Shown: one piece after another, positions 19,272 to 30,159 of the stretch
Position numbering within the stretch: the first letter of the stretch is position 1
Layout: every line of letters begins with the position of its first letter
Origin: an uncultured Gammaproteobacteria bacterium
GTDB lineage: Bacteria; Pseudomonadota; Gammaproteobacteria; UBA9214
Assembly: GCA_963824045.1 (NCBI GenBank)
Contig: CAWGNW010000009.1
Coordinates: 4,709 to 68,708, forward strand
Length of the DNA: 64,000 nucleotides
Direction of reading: 5' to 3'
Notes under the pieces: model-generated
What the model saw: only the letters and a program-made list of their open reading frames with translations
What the model was told of the DNA's origin: nothing
The model's database searches: none
Position numbers and translations under genes: made by a program

Positions 19272-20897
19272 ATGAGTTATCAGGTCCTGGCGCGCAAGTG
19301 GCGTCCCCGCGATTTCACGGAACTGGTCGGACAGGAGCATGTGCAGCGGGCGCTGGTCAATGCGCTCGATAACGACCGCCTGCACCATGCCTACCTGTTC
19401 ACCGGCACCCGCGGCGTCGGCAAGACCACCATTGCGCGCATCCTGGCCAAGTCACTGAACTGTGAAACCGGCGTCACATCCACGCCCTGCGGCAAGTGCA
19501 GCGCCTGCGAGGAGATCAATACCGGCCGCTTTCTTGACCTGATCGAGGTGGATGCGGCCTCGCGTACCAAGGTCGAGGATACCCGGGAACTGCTGGAGAA
19601 CGTGCAGTACGCGCCAACGCCGCGGCCGCTACAAGGTGTACCTGATCGACGAGGTGCACATGCTCTCGGGGCACAGTTTCAACGCCCTGCTGAAGACGCT
19701 GGAGGAACCGCCGCCGCATGTCAAGTTCCTGCTGGCGACCACGGACCCGCAGAAGCTGCCAGTGACCGTCCTGTCGCGCTGTCTGCAGTTCAATCTCAAG
19801 AGCCTGAGCGTGCCGCAGATCACCGGCCAGCTGGAAAAGATTCTGCGGCAGGAGGCGATTGCGGCGGAGCCGGGTGCCGTGCGCCAGCTCGCCTTTGCCG
19901 CGAGCGGCAGCATGCGCGATGCGCTCAGTCTGCTCGACCAGGCCATTGCCTTCGGTGGCGGCGACCTGCTGGAGTCCGAGGTGCGCAGTATGCTCGGGAC
20001 CATCGACCGCGATGTGGTGTATCGCCTGCTGGAGGCGCTGGCTGCGGGTGATGCTGCGCGGGTGCTCGCGGAGATCCGGAAGGCGGACGAGTTTGCCCCG
20101 GACTACGCCGCGCTGCTGGCGGACACGGTGTCGGTGCTGCAGCGCATTGCACTGGCGCAGACCCTGCCCGATGCCATCGACGATACCTATGGAGATCGTG
20201 AGGCGGTGCTTGCCCTGGCCGGTAAACTGCCTGCCGAGGACGTACAGCTGTATTACCAGATTGCCCTGATCGGGCGGCGTGACCTGCCGCTGTCGCCGGA
20301 ACCCCGGGGCGGTTTTGAAATGGTCCTGCTGCGCATGCTGGCCTTCCGCCCGGATACCGCCGCCAGGGTCGAGGCTTCGGCAGCCGGTACAGCCGCGGCT
20401 GCACCGGTGATGCCTGCGGCAGGCGCAGGCCCCGGCGGGTCCGCCGTGCAGGCCGCGGCGACTGCGACTGTAGCGCCGGCACCCCCGCCGGCGCCTCCCG
20501 CCAGTGCCGATGCAGCAACATGGGCCGGTATCGTGGAGGCACTGCCCGTCAAGGGGATGGTCCGTGAAATGGCGTTGAACTGCGCCTTTCACGGTGTCCA
20601 GGACGATGTTGTGCGGCTTTCCCTGGACCCCGCGCACAAGCACCTGCTGAGTCCGGCGCGTACCCGGCAGCTGGAGCAGGAACTGGCCACATACTACCAG
20701 CGCCCGGTGCAGCTGAAGATCGCAAACGAGGGGCCGCTGGCGAAAGAGACACCGGCACTGAAACGCAGCCCGCGAGCAGGTCGAGCGCCAGCAGCAGGCT
20801 GTTGCATCGATCGAGAATGACGCCAACGTCAAGGCGATTACCGGATGCCTTCGGCGGCGCCGTCAGCACGGATTCAATCCGGCCGCGGGATACGTAA
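19272..20897 (+). CDS. dnaX: DNA polymerase III subunits tau/gamma, interrupted by three apparent single-base indels (near 19617-19628, 20761-20772 and 20839-20848)
   Basis: Frame 1 reads MSYQVLARKWRP...GTRGVGKTTIARILAK...LENVQYAPT. Frame 2 reads RGRYKVYLIDEVHMLS...LLATTDPQKLPVTVLSRCLQFNL... The C-terminus RQAAREQVERQQQAVASIENDANVKAIT / DAFGGAVSTDSIRP is only recovered by two further frame changes and matches the E. coli tau C-terminus AIIADNNIQTLRRFFDAELDEESIRPI. Confidence 0.85.
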
Positions 20898-20933
20898 CGA
20901 CAATGAATATATTGATGAATCGAGGGTGGTGAT

Positions 20934-21258
20934 ATGAAAGGTGGACTAGGTAACCTGATGAAACAGGCCCAGCAGATGCAGGCCGACATGCAGAAGGCCC
21001 AGGAAGAACTGGCCAGCTATGGAAGTCACCGGTCAGTCCGGCGGTGGCCTGGTAAAGATCACCATGACCGGCAAGCATGAAGTGCGCCGGGTGGAGATTG
21101 ACGACAGCCTGCTTGCGGATGACAAGGACATGCTGGAGGACCTGGTGGCCGCAGCCATCAATGATGCTGCGCACAAGGTGGAATCCACGACGCAGGAACG
21201 CATGGCAGGTTTGACCAGCGGCATCAACCTGCCGCCGGGCATGAAGCTGCCGTTCTGA
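20934..21258 (+). CDS. ybaB: Nucleoid-associated protein YbaB/EbfC, with one apparent indel near 21015-21023
   Basis: [28 protein letters not shown], followed in another frame by [32 protein letters not shown]...LPPGMKLPF. Both halves are collinear with E. coli YbaB. Confidence 0.8.
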
Positions 21259-21262
21259 GCGG

Positions 21263-21859
21263 ATGGCAACGTCCCGCCTGATCGGGCAGCTGATCGAGAG
21301 CCTGCGGTGCCTCCCCGGCGTGGGTCCCAAGTCGGCGCAGCGCATGGCATTCCACTTGCTCGAACATAACCGCGAGGGCGGGCGGCAACTGGCCGCGGCC
21401 CTGGCACAGGCCATGGACCGGGTGGGAAACTGCAGTGCCTGCCGGACCCTGAGCGAGGATGCGGTGTGTGGCTTGTGCGCCAGCGAGCGGCGCAACCACG
21501 GCCAGCTCTGCGTTGTCGAGACGCCTGCCGATGTGCAGGCGCTGGAGCAGGCCACCGGTTACCAGGGGCTGTATTTTGTCCTGATGGGCCACCTGTCTCC
21601 GCTGGACGGCATCGGCCCCGAAGCGCTGGGTCTGGATTTGCTGGAGACGCGGCTGGCCTCGGGTGAGGTGAAGGAGCTGATCCTGGCGACAAATCCCACA
21701 GTGGAAGGCGAGGCCACGGCGCATTTCATCAGTGAAATGGCGCGAGCCCATGGAATCCGCACCACCCGGATCGCGCACGGTGTGCCGATGGGTGGTGAGC
21801 TCGAATATATCGACGGCGGTACCTTGTCGCATGCCTTTGCGGGGCGACTGGAGGTCTGA
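21263..21859 (+). CDS. recR: Recombination protein RecR
   Basis: [33 protein letters not shown]...[16 protein letters not shown] has the helix-hairpin-helix and C4 zinc finger followed by a Toprim domain. 198 aa. Confidence 0.9.
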   Translation: MATSRLIGQLIESLRCLPGVGPKSAQRMAFHLLEHNREGGRQLAAALAQAMDRVGNCSACRTLSEDAVCGLCASERRNHGQLCVVETPADVQALEQATGYQGLYFVLMGHLSPLDGIGPEALGLDLLETRLASGEVKELILATNPTVEGEATAHFISEMARAHGIRTTRIAHGVPMGGELEYIDGGTLSHAFAGRLEV

Positions 21860-21935
21860 AGCGGGTTCCGTAATACATGATTGCGGGCTGTGACGTCCGG
21901 CGCGGTGAGTTGGTTTCGTGAACGGGGGATAGCAA

Positions 21936-22280
21936 ATGGCTGACTGTCTGTTTTGCAGGATGGTGGCCGGCGAAATACAGCCGGACGTGGTGTACGAGGA
22001 TGACGAGGTGCTGGCGTTTCGGGATGTTAATCCGCAGGCGCCACTGCATGTGCTGGTGATACCCAAGGTGCATATTGCGACCACCAATGACCTCGATGCC
22101 GGTAATGTTGCGGTCATCGGCAGACTCTATCTCGCCGCGCAGCAGATCGCCGCGGATGCGGGTGTCGCCGGGCCGGGCTACCGCATGGTCATGAACTGCA
22201 ATCCCGCGGCCGGACAGTCGGTCTTCCATATCCACCTGCATCTGCTGGGCGGTCGTTCCATGGGCTGGCCGCCCGGCTAG
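21936..22280 (+). CDS. HIT family protein (histidine triad nucleotide-binding, HinT-like)
   Basis: Ends in the histidine triad HIHLHLLGG. 114 aa. Confidence 0.8.
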   Translation: MADCLFCRMVAGEIQPDVVYEDDEVLAFRDVNPQAPLHVLVIPKVHIATTNDLDAGNVAVIGRLYLAAQQIAADAGVAGPGYRMVMNCNPAAGQSVFHIHLHLLGGRSMGWPPG

Positions 22281-23218
22281 ACAGGCAACAGGCGCCGGTA
22301 GCTTTCCATCCTGCGTGTGCTGATCCGGCCTGCGGCAAGCGCCGCAAGCACGGCGCAACCGGGCTCGGAGACGTGCCGGCAGTCGTTGAAGCGGCATTGT
22401 CCCAGGTACGGCGTGAATTCCCGGAAACCGCTGCCGAGTTCGGCGGCGCTGACTTCTCCGAGCCGGAAATCCCGTACCCCGGGGGAATCGATCAGGCGCC
22501 CGCCGCAGGGCAGGTGGTAGAGCGTGGTCGCGGTCGTGGTATGCCGGCCCAGTCCCGATGCCGTTGACAGCCTGCCGACTGTGATGTCGCGGTCCGGCAG
22601 CAGTCGATTGATGAGCGAGGACTTGCCGACCCCCGACTGGCCAACGAGGATGCTGGTCCTGCCTGGCAGACAGTCCGCAAATGCCTCGATGCCGGTATTG
22701 TGCAGTGCGCTGGTAAACAACACCACATAGCCAAGGGTGGTGTAATCACCAAGTTGTGCCTCGATGTCGCTGCGTGCTTTTGGCGTGAGCAGGTCGGACT
22801 TGTTGATGACGATCAGCGCCGCGGTGTGCGCCAGCTCCGCGGCGATGGTGTACTTGTCGAGCAGGGAAAGGTCCAGTGCCGGTTCCTGCGCCGCTTCGAT
22901 TAACAGCTGGTCGAAATTCGCGACCAGCGGGTGCAGTTTGTTGCCGCTGTCGGCACGATTCAGGACACTGCGCCGTGGCGCCAGTTTTTCCACGACACCT
23001 TCCTGGCTGCCGGTTTGCAGCCATTCGACTTCGTCGCCGCAGACGATCTGTTCGAGCCCGCGGCGAGCGACACAGCGGACCAGGTTGCCCGCGCTGTCCT
23101 CGATCAGCGTTTGCCTGCCGTAATTGACGATGACCACGCCGTACCGCCGGGAACCTGTCCTGGCCCCGGGTCCTGTTGCTGTGGCTGCTTGTTGTGAACG
23201 GGCTGGCTGCGCTGGCAT
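22277..23218 (-). CDS. rsgA: Ribosome small subunit-dependent GTPase A
   Basis: Circularly permuted GTPase motifs: INKSDLL (G4) precedes GQSGVGKSSLIN (G1). A C-terminal Zn-finger reads CRFNDCRHVSEPGCAV. Confidence 0.85.
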   Translation of the reverse strand: MPAQPARSQQAATATGPGARTGSRRYGVVIVNYGRQTLIEDSAGNLVRCVARRGLEQIVCGDEVEWLQTGSQEGVVEKLAPRRSVLNRADSGNKLHPLVANFDQLLIEAAQEPALDLSLLDKYTIAAELAHTAALIVINKSDLLTPKARSDIEAQLGDYTTLGYVVLFTSALHNTGIEAFADCLPGRTSILVGQSGVGKSSLINRLLPDRDITVGRLSTASGLGRHTTTATTLYHLPCGGRLIDSPGVRDFRLGEVSAAELGSGFREFTPYLGQCRFNDCRHVSEPGCAVLAALAAGRISTRRMESYRRLLPV

Positions 23219-23230
23219 GCCGCAATGATT

Positions 23231-23582
23231 TTATTCGGACGGGGGCAGCAGGGCGTCGATTTTGGCCGCGCAGATAAAATCGTTCTCGGACAGGCCGCCG
23301 ATGGCGTGGGTGCTGTAGCGGACAAGGCAGCGGTTATAGCCGACCTCGATGTCCGGGTGGTGGTCTTCAGCGTGGGCAATCCACGCCAGGGCGTTTACGA
23401 AGGCCATGGTCTGGTAATAGTTGCCGAACCTGAAAGTACGGCTGATTTCCCCGCCGCTGGCGTCGCTGGCCCAGTCGGCATGCAGTTCGGCCAGCAGTGC
23501 CTGCACCCGGGATGAGGACAGGGGTGCGGTACCGGCGGCGACAGGCTTGCAAGTATTTGCCGGTCAGGCCGCTGTCGGTCAT
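23231..23582 (-). CDS. phhB: Pterin-4a-carbinolamine dehydratase, with apparent indel near 23505-23525
   Basis: The C-terminal frame [60 protein letters not shown] is a clear PCD match. The N-terminus [23 protein letters not shown] is in the +1 frame. Confidence 0.7.
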
Positions 23583-23584
23583 GG

Positions 23585-23869
23585 CCTTACTTGAACTTGT
23601 AGTAGGTCGTGTTCAGGTAATTCACAACGTCATCGACATCCTCATCAAACCATTTCAGTCCCTGCGACAGTTCACAGCGCTGCACCTGCTTCTTGAGTCC
23701 AGCCAGGCTCGTCACGCGGCGGTCCTTGCGCGTGTAGACGCCGTCATCGTGGCAACTGGTGCAGTTTTCCTGGTGCAGTGTTGCGCCATTGTCCGCAGCG
23801 GCAGTTGCCGGCAGTGGCGCCCGCTGCCAGCAGACAGGTCGTTATGTGGATCAGGAGTCGCTTGTGCAT
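23585..23869 (-). CDS. Small monohaem cytochrome c (secreted), with apparent indel near 23800-23815
   Basis: Signal peptide MHKRLLIHITTCLLAAGATA. After a frame change the sequence reads AADNGATLHQENCTSCHDDGVYTRKDRRVTSLAGLKKQVQRCELSQGLKWFDEDVDDVVNYLNTTYYKFK, which contains a CXXCH motif. Confidence 0.6.
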
Positions 23870-23871
23870 GT

Positions 23872-25135
23872 TCAACCTCCGGGTGATTGGACACCCATGT
23901 TACCGGATATGTGCGCGATGCGCACCGGTGCCGGCGGGTGGGAATCGTGAAACGACGAGTACAGCGGGTCGGGGGTCAGCGTGCTGGCGTTTTCGCGATA
24001 CATCTTGACCAGGGCCTGGATCAGGTCCGCACCGCTGGATTGCTGCACGGCATAGGCATCGGCCTCGAACTCGTGCTTGCGCGACAGGCGTGACAGCAGC
24101 GGCTGCAGGAATATGGTGAATACCGGCAGCACCAGCATGAACAGCAGCAGCGCCATGCCGGAGGAGGCCTGGCTGACGCCGAGGCCGGTGTAGAACCAGG
24201 ACTCGCCGGCCAGCCAGCCGAGCAGGGCCAGCGCGGCGAAGCTGAGGAGCATCGTCGACAGCAGGCGTTTCTGGATATGCCTGAGCCGGAAATGACCGAG
24301 TTCATGTGCAAGTACCGCCTCGATTTCCTGTGGTTCCAGCGACTCCAGCAGGGTGTCGAAGAAGACGATGCGCTTGTTGCTGCCAAAGCCGGTGAAATAG
24401 GCGTTGCCGTGTCCCGAGCGCTTGGAACCGTCCATGACGAAGATCCCCTTGCTGTGGAAGCCGCACTTGTCCATCAGCGCCTGGATGCGTTGTTTCAGCG
24501 CCTCGTTATCCAGCGGCATGAACTTGTTGAACAGGGGTGCGATAATCGCGGGATAGGCCCAGAACATCACCAGGGTGAAGGCCATCCAGACCAGCCAGAC
24601 ATACAGCCACCAGAGCCCGCCCGAGGATTCCATGATCCACAGGGCCAGCGCCAGCAACGGAGCCGCCGATGACGAGCAGCAGTATGGCCTGCTTCAGCAG
24701 GTCGGCGATGAACACGCCGGCCGTGGAGCGGTTGAAGCCAAAGCGCTGTTCGATCACGAAGGTGTGGTAGAGCGTGAACGGCATGTCCAGCAGGGTCATG
24801 ATGACCATGGCACTGAGCAGCAGGCCGGTGCCGCCGGGGATCGGGCCGAGTCCGGTATCGCGCCAGATGCCGTCCAGCAGTTCGAGTCCGCCGCCCAGGG
24901 TCCAGCCCAGCAGCAGCAGGCTGTCCCAGGCCAGTGCCAGCATCCCGAAACGGGTATTGGTGAGGGTGTAGTCTGCGGCCTTCTGGTGATCCGCCAGCGA
25001 AATGCGTTCTGCGAAGGAGGCGGGGACCGCCGCGCGATGCGCACGCACGTGGGCCAGGTGCCTGGCGGCAAGCCAGTAACGCAGCAGCAGCGAGCCGGCC
25101 AGCGCCGCGATAAAAATAAAGCTGAAGTTATTCAT
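23872..25135 (-). CDS. M48 family zinc metalloprotease (Ste24/HtpX-like), with apparent indel near 24655-24668
   Basis: The N-terminal frame is a multi-TM region ending ...LLKQAILLLVIGG. The C-terminal frame continues ALALWIMESSGGLWWLYVWL...PLFNKFMPL...HELGHFRLRHI, which is the HEXXH motif. Confidence 0.8.
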
Positions 25136-25226
25136 GCAGTAATCATGTCCGTTTAATGAGCTGGTAGCAGATTAGCCTCTGCTACAATGCGACTCAACCA
25201 TAGTTTTCGGAAGGAAGAACGACTGT

Positions 25227-25772
25227 ATGACGCAAGATGCCAACAACCTGATATGGATCGACCTGGAAATGACGGGACTGGATACGACGACCGACGCTAT
25301 TATCGAGATCGCGACCATCGTAACCGACAGCCAGCTCAATATCCTGGCGGAAGGTCCGGTGCTGGCGATTCACCAGCCGGATGCGATGCTGAATGCCATG
25401 GATGAGTGGAATACCCGCCAGCATGCCGGTTCCGGGCTGACCGAGCGCGTGCGCAAGAGCACCCTTGACGAACAGGCGGCAGAGCGTCAGACCCTCGAGT
25501 TTCTGGCGCAGTATGTCCCTCCGAATGCCTCCCCGATGTGCGGCAACAGCATCTGCCAGGACCGGCGTTTCCTGGCGCGCTGCATGCCGGAACTGGAGCG
25601 CTATTTCCATTACCGCAATCTTGATGTCAGTACCCTCAAGGAACTGGCGAAACGCTGGTCGCCGAATATCCTGTCCGGTTTTACCAAGGGCGGCAGCCAT
25701 CTGGCGCTGGATGACACCCGTGATTCCATTCGCGAGTTGCAGTACTACCGGGAGCAGCTGTTTCGCGCCTGA
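25227..25772 (+). CDS. orn: Oligoribonuclease
   Basis: [12 protein letters not shown]...ATIVTD is the DEDDh exonuclease motif. 181 aa. Confidence 0.9.
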   Translation: MTQDANNLIWIDLEMTGLDTTTDAIIEIATIVTDSQLNILAEGPVLAIHQPDAMLNAMDEWNTRQHAGSGLTERVRKSTLDEQAAERQTLEFLAQYVPPNASPMCGNSICQDRRFLARCMPELERYFHYRNLDVSTLKELAKRWSPNILSGFTKGGSHLALDDTRDSIRELQYYREQLFRA

Positions 25773-25972
25773 ATCCCTGGACATAACCGGCTGACTTTGG
25801 CCAGTACGGGCGTCAAAGTCGGGGCATGGCAAAAACGGTTTTGTACATGTTTTGGTCGGATTTCTCGTATATGAGAGAATCAAAACGCCAACAAATTGAC
25901 GTTATGGCCGTTTTCGTGTTCTAGTAACTAAACCCTCGCGTTTCAGGATTCTGTTATTCAAAGGAAAAGCGG

Positions 25973-28060
25973 ATGGTCGCAGGTAATTCCCGGAGTCGTT
26001 GGCGGATAGCGGTATTCTTCCTGGCTATGCTGGCCCTGGGCCAGACCGGACTGCAGGCAGCGCCGACAGTCGATCCTGCTGCAGCTTCCTCACATCCGAA
26101 TTCAGGCAATTCCAGCCAGGTACGTTCCCGCAGACAGGAAATTCTTGCGCAAGTGCCCCGGTATGCGCCCGATCGAGTCCTGGTCCGTTTCAAGCCAGGG
26201 ACTGCCGCCAGCGACATCGGCAAGGCGCATCGACAGGCCGGTGGCAGCAAGTTGCGGGAAATCCCCGCTATCGGCGTCCATATCGTGCAGGTGCCCGCCG
26301 GGAGTGTCGAGCAGAAAATCGCCCGCTACCGGGCCAACCCCAATGTCGAATACGCCGAGCCGGATTTCTACCGGGTGCTGATCGTTCCGGACGAGGGCAA
26401 CGATCCGGGGCCACTGAATTGCGGCGCTGTTGAGGACCGGGAATATTTTGAAGAGCAATGGGGACTGAACAATACCGGGCAGGAGCACACTGATACAAGT
26501 CTTGGTATTCCGATACAGGTCACCGGTACGCCTGACGCCGATATCGATGCGCCCGAGGGCTGGGATGTCACAACAGGTGATCCGGCCGTCAAGATCGCAA
26601 TCCTGGACACCGGCATTGACTGCGCCAGTATCGAGCTTGCCGGCAAGTGCGTGGAGGAAATCAGCTTTGTCGGCGCGTTCAGTCCCTATCTCGATGACAC
26701 CGGGGACTATATGGCGCACGGGACCGCCGTGGCAGGCATTGCCGCTGCGAATACCGACAACCATAAAGGTATTGCCGGTGTCGGCTGGAATACATCACTG
26801 GGGAACCTGAAGGCATGCTTCCAGTATGTGTATTACCCGTATCCGGATGATCTTCCCGAGTACTACGAATACATTGGCGTCTGCCCGGTGTCAGCCTCGA
26901 CCGAGGCCATCATCCACGCAGCTGACAACGACTACCATGTCATCAACATGAGCTACGGCAGTGACGACCTGGATAGCAATGGTGATCCAACCTTCAACCC
27001 GCCTGCCCAGCCCAATACGGAGACCGCCGCCATCGATTATGCCTGGAGCCAGGGTGTGGTGCTGGTCGCGGCAGCCGGCAATGACGGTGATACCAACCTG
27101 GTCTACCCCGCGGCCCATCCCGATGTGATTGCCGTGGCCGGCACAGACCATTATGACGACAAGTGGGCGAGTTCCACGTTCGGCAACGGCTGGGTGTCCA
27201 TGATGGCGCCCGGTAAAGGTATTCTCTCGACGTTTCCTGCGGATTTCTGCGAGTTCAATGCCTCCCTGCTGGGGTGTACGTTTGACCGCAACACCGAGAG
27301 TTGCCTGACATGGAGTACCGGGACGTCGCTGGCCGGTCCGCATGTGGCGGGAGCCGCGGCGCTGGTCTGGGCACACCTTTTTCCCGGGCAGTCACCGCAG
27401 TCCTGTGTCAGTCCTGGCGGTGTGCCATGCAACGAGGTCGTGCGTCGGCACCTGGAATATGGCGCGGATACGGCGGGTGCACTGGGGCAGAACTTCCTGG
27501 CATGGAGCCAGCATGGTCGCCTGAACCTGCTTGGTGCGCTCAGTGTCGTCGACACCGATCTCGATGGCCTGCCGGACAATATCGACGACGATGACGACAA
27601 CGACGGACTGGCCGACAGTGTCGAAACCTCGCCCGGCATCGGAACGGACCCGCTGGATGCAGACTCGGACGATGACGGGCTGAGTGATGGCGCTGAAGTC
27701 AACTATGTTGCGACCCCGCCTGACACCTATTCCGCCGGACAGGATACCGACCCGCTGAATCCGGATACGGACGGTGACGGTTTCCTTGACGGGATGGAAC
27801 TGGCTGCCGGACATGATCCGCTGTATGCGGGTGATGCGCCGGTCTGGGGAGATACCGATGGCAATGGCGTCGTCAATGCCGCTGACGTACTGCTGCTGAC
27901 GCGCGCCGTGCTGGGGCAGGCAATGCTGGCCGACGATCAGAAGGCGCGCGTCGACATCGCCCCGGTCATCGCCGGCATCCCGTCGCCGGACAAGCAGCTG
28001 ACGCCGGGCGATCTGGCGGTGATCGAACGAATTCTGCTCGGTCAGGCAAGCTATCCATAG
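25973..28060 (+). CDS. Secreted subtilisin-like serine protease (S8 family) with C-terminal thrombospondin-type-3 Ca-binding repeats and a dockerin-like segment
   Basis: Signal peptide and I9-like propeptide. Catalytic triad motifs ILDTGID, HGTAVAGIAA and GTSLAGPHVAGAAAL. The C-terminus has DxDxDG repeats (DTDGDG, DTDGNGVVNAADVLLLTRAVLG). Confidence 0.85.
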   Translation: MVAGNSRSRWRIAVFFLAMLALGQTGLQAAPTVDPAAASSHPNSGNSSQVRSRRQEILAQVPRYAPDRVLVRFKPGTAASDIGKAHRQAGGSKLREIPAIGVHIVQVPAGSVEQKIARYRANPNVEYAEPDFYRVLIVPDEGNDPGPLNCGAVEDREYFEEQWGLNNTGQEHTDTSLGIPIQVTGTPDADIDAPEGWDVTTGDPAVKIAILDTGIDCASIELAGKCVEEISFVGAFSPYLDDTGDYMAHGTAVAGIAAANTDNHKGIAGVGWNTSLGNLKACFQYVYYPYPDDLPEYYEYIGVCPVSASTEAIIHAADNDYHVINMSYGSDDLDSNGDPTFNPPAQPNTETAAIDYAWSQGVVLVAAAGNDGDTNLVYPAAHPDVIAVAGTDHYDDKWASSTFGNGWVSMMAPGKGILSTFPADFCEFNASLLGCTFDRNTESCLTWSTGTSLAGPHVAGAAALVWAHLFPGQSPQSCVSPGGVPCNEVVRRHLEYGADTAGALGQNFLAWSQHGRLNLLGALSVVDTDLDGLPDNIDDDDDNDGLADSVETSPGIGTDPLDADSDDDGLSDGAEVNYVATPPDTYSAGQDTDPLNPDTDGDGFLDGMELAAGHDPLYAGDAPVWGDTDGNGVVNAADVLLLTRAVLGQAMLADDQKARVDIAPVIAGIPSPDKQLTPGDLAVIERILLGQASYP

Positions 28061-28110
28061 CGCGAAGCACGTCCCAGCGCCGCCTTCCCCGTCGCCATGC
28101 CGGTGTGCTG

Positions 28111-28929
28111 TTAAACTTCCAGCGGCAGTTCCGGGTTGTTGCCCCAGTCTGACCAGGACCCGACATAACCCCTGACGCGTTCAAAGCCCAGGCTTTGCAG
28201 CACCAGGCAGGTGTGCGCGGAGCGGTGATGGGTCTGGCAGTAGGCGATGATTTCCTTGTCGGGGGTGATGCCGCGCTCCGCCAGCAGGCCTTTGAGTTCG
28301 TCGGCAGGCTTCAGGCGCAGGTTGCTTGCCTGATCCATGGCCTCGGTCCATTCGAAATTCACAGCGCCGGGTATGTGGCCGGCGCGTTCGGCGTATTTCT
28401 TGATACCCTTGTACTCGTCAGGGCTGCGGGCATCCAGCAGGACGCAGTCGTCCCTGTTCAGGTGCGCCATGATGTAGTCGCTGTCCGCGCTGGATGCCGT
28501 GTCGCGGTGCACCTCGAATACCCTTGCGACGGGCGTCGCCGGGACTGAATCCAGGGTGTGTCCCTCGTTCACCCAGGCATGCAGGCCGCCGTTGAGCAGT
28601 GACAGGCTGTGATGGCCGGCGACTTCCAGCGTCCACAGCAGGCGGGCAGCGCGGCCGCCACCCTCGTCATCACAGGCAACGATGTGTGTCCGGGCATCGA
28701 TCCCGATGTTGGAGAATACCGCGGCCAGTGTGGCGTCGTCCGGTACCAGGCCCATCACCGGTTTTTGCGCGGTGATGATCCTGGCGTAGTCCAGGTGCAC
28801 CGCGCCGGGCACATGAAATTTTGCATAGCTTTCAGGCCTGGAGAGATCGACCACCAGCAGGTCATCGCGTCCCAGGTTCGCCTCCAGTTCATCCGGTTCC
28901 AGTAACAGGGGCAACTTGTCCGTTGTCAT
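28111..28929 (-). CDS. Tandem-domain rhodanese-like sulfurtransferase (thiosulfate/3-mercaptopyruvate sulfurtransferase family)
   Basis: Two rhodanese domains. The active-site loop is CQTHHRS. Confidence 0.8.
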   Translation of the reverse strand: MTTDKLPLLLEPDELEANLGRDDLLVVDLSRPESYAKFHVPGAVHLDYARIITAQKPVMGLVPDDATLAAVFSNIGIDARTHIVACDDEGGGRAARLLWTLEVAGHHSLSLLNGGLHAWVNEGHTLDSVPATPVARVFEVHRDTASSADSDYIMAHLNRDDCVLLDARSPDEYKGIKKYAERAGHIPGAVNFEWTEAMDQASNLRLKPADELKGLLAERGITPDKEIIAYCQTHHRSAHTCLVLQSLGFERVRGYVGSWSDWGNNPELPLEV

Positions 28930-30157
28930 TTGTTCCTCTCGGTATCAGGGTTTCAAGGAGTTCGATCCAGTGTTTCACCGGTACGTCCGCATGGTTCGCC
29001 ATGTGCACCAGACAGCCGATGTTCGCGGTCGCAATGAGGTCCGGCCTGCCGGCCTGCAGGGCTTCGAGCTTGTTGTCACGCAGCACGGTGGCCATGCCAG
29101 GCTGCAGGATCGAGTAGGTGCCTGCGGAGCCGCAGCAGAGATGGCTGTTTGTGACCGGCGTCAGTTCGTAGCCGAGCCTTTCCAGCAGGCGCTCGACCAC
29201 GCCGCTGATGCCCTGGCCGTGCTGCAGGGTGCAGGGAGAATGAAATGCGACTTTTTGCCCGGCGCCACAAGGCACGAGGACCTGCTCCGCCGCTTCGCTG
29301 GCGATGACTTCGCTGAGGTCCTTCGCCAGGGCGCTGACGCGGGCAGCCTTGTCGGCATAGCCGGTATCCGCGAGCAGCCGTCCATAGTCCTTCACCATGG
29401 GCGCACAGCCGCTGGCCGTCACGATTATCGCCTCCGCGCCGTTTTCGATTGCCGGCCACCACGCGTCGATGTTGTTGCGTATGAAGGTGCGCGCCTCGGC
29501 GGTTGCCGTCAGGTGCTGGCTGAGCGCACCGCAACAGCCGGCGTTCCCGGCGACCAGGGTGTTGATGCCCATGGCATCCAGCACCCGGCGCGTGGCTGCA
29601 TTGATCTGCGGTGCAAGTGCCGGCTGCACGCAGCCGTCCAGCAGCAGCATGCTGCGGTTGTGGACGCTTGTTGCGCGGAAAGGCGCCGCCCGCTGCCTTG
29701 CGGGGATGCGCTTCCTCAGCGCCGCCGGCAGCACCGGGCGCGCGAATTGCCCCAGCCGCAGCAGCGGCGTGAAGCGGGCCGCCCACGGCAGCACCAGGCG
29801 CAGGGTCCGGCGCAGCAGGCGGTCCTGCAGACTGCGGGGAAGGCGTTCCTCGATGATTTCCCGGCCGGTATCGAGCAGCAGGTGGTAGTCCACGCCGGAC
29901 GGGCAGGTGGTCTCACAGGCGCGGCAGGTCAGGCAGCGGTCCAGGTGCAGCCGGTTGCGTTCGGTGGGTGCCTTGCCTTCGAGCACCTGCTTGATTTGAT
30001 AGATGCGCCCGCGGGGTCCGTCGAGTTCATCGCCGGTCAGCTGGTAGGTCGGGCAGGTCGCGTTGCAGAAACCGCAGTGCACGCAGTTGCGCAGGATCTC
30101 GTCCGCAACCTGTCCGGTGACGGTTCTGAGCAGATCTTCCGGGAGCGCGGTTTGCAT
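28889..30157 (-). CDS. glcF: Glycolate oxidase iron-sulfur subunit
   Basis: Starts MQTALPEDLL. Two 4Fe-4S ferredoxin motifs CxxCxxCxxxCP and CCG domains. The upstream glcE stop lies 2 nt away. Confidence 0.85.
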   Translation of the reverse strand: MQTALPEDLLRTVTGQVADEILRNCVHCGFCNATCPTYQLTGDELDGPRGRIYQIKQVLEGKAPTERNRLHLDRCLTCRACETTCPSGVDYHLLLDTGREIIEERLPRSLQDRLLRRTLRLVLPWAARFTPLLRLGQFARPVLPAALRKRIPARQRAAPFRATSVHNRSMLLLDGCVQPALAPQINAATRRVLDAMGINTLVAGNAGCCGALSQHLTATAEARTFIRNNIDAWWPAIENGAEAIIVTASGCAPMVKDYGRLLADTGYADKAARVSALAKDLSEVIASEAAEQVLVPCGAGQKVAFHSPCTLQHGQGISGVVERLLERLGYELTPVTNSHLCCGSAGTYSILQPGMATVLRDNKLEALQAGRPDLIATANIGCLVHMANHADVPVKHWIELLETLIPRGTNDNGQVAPVTGTG

Positions 30158-30159
30158 CG

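Noticed and set aside
19552-19700. Programmed ribosomal frameshift in dnaX
   Set aside because: The frame break is +1 near the N-terminal ATPase domain, not -1 at a slippery A_AAA_AAG in the middle. Two more breaks at the 3' end argue for indel error.
25780-25970. tRNA genes downstream of orn (E. coli has glyV/X/Y there)
   Set aside because: No cloverleaf-compatible sequence, such as a GGTTCGAATCC-type T-arm, was found in the 190-bp intergenic region.
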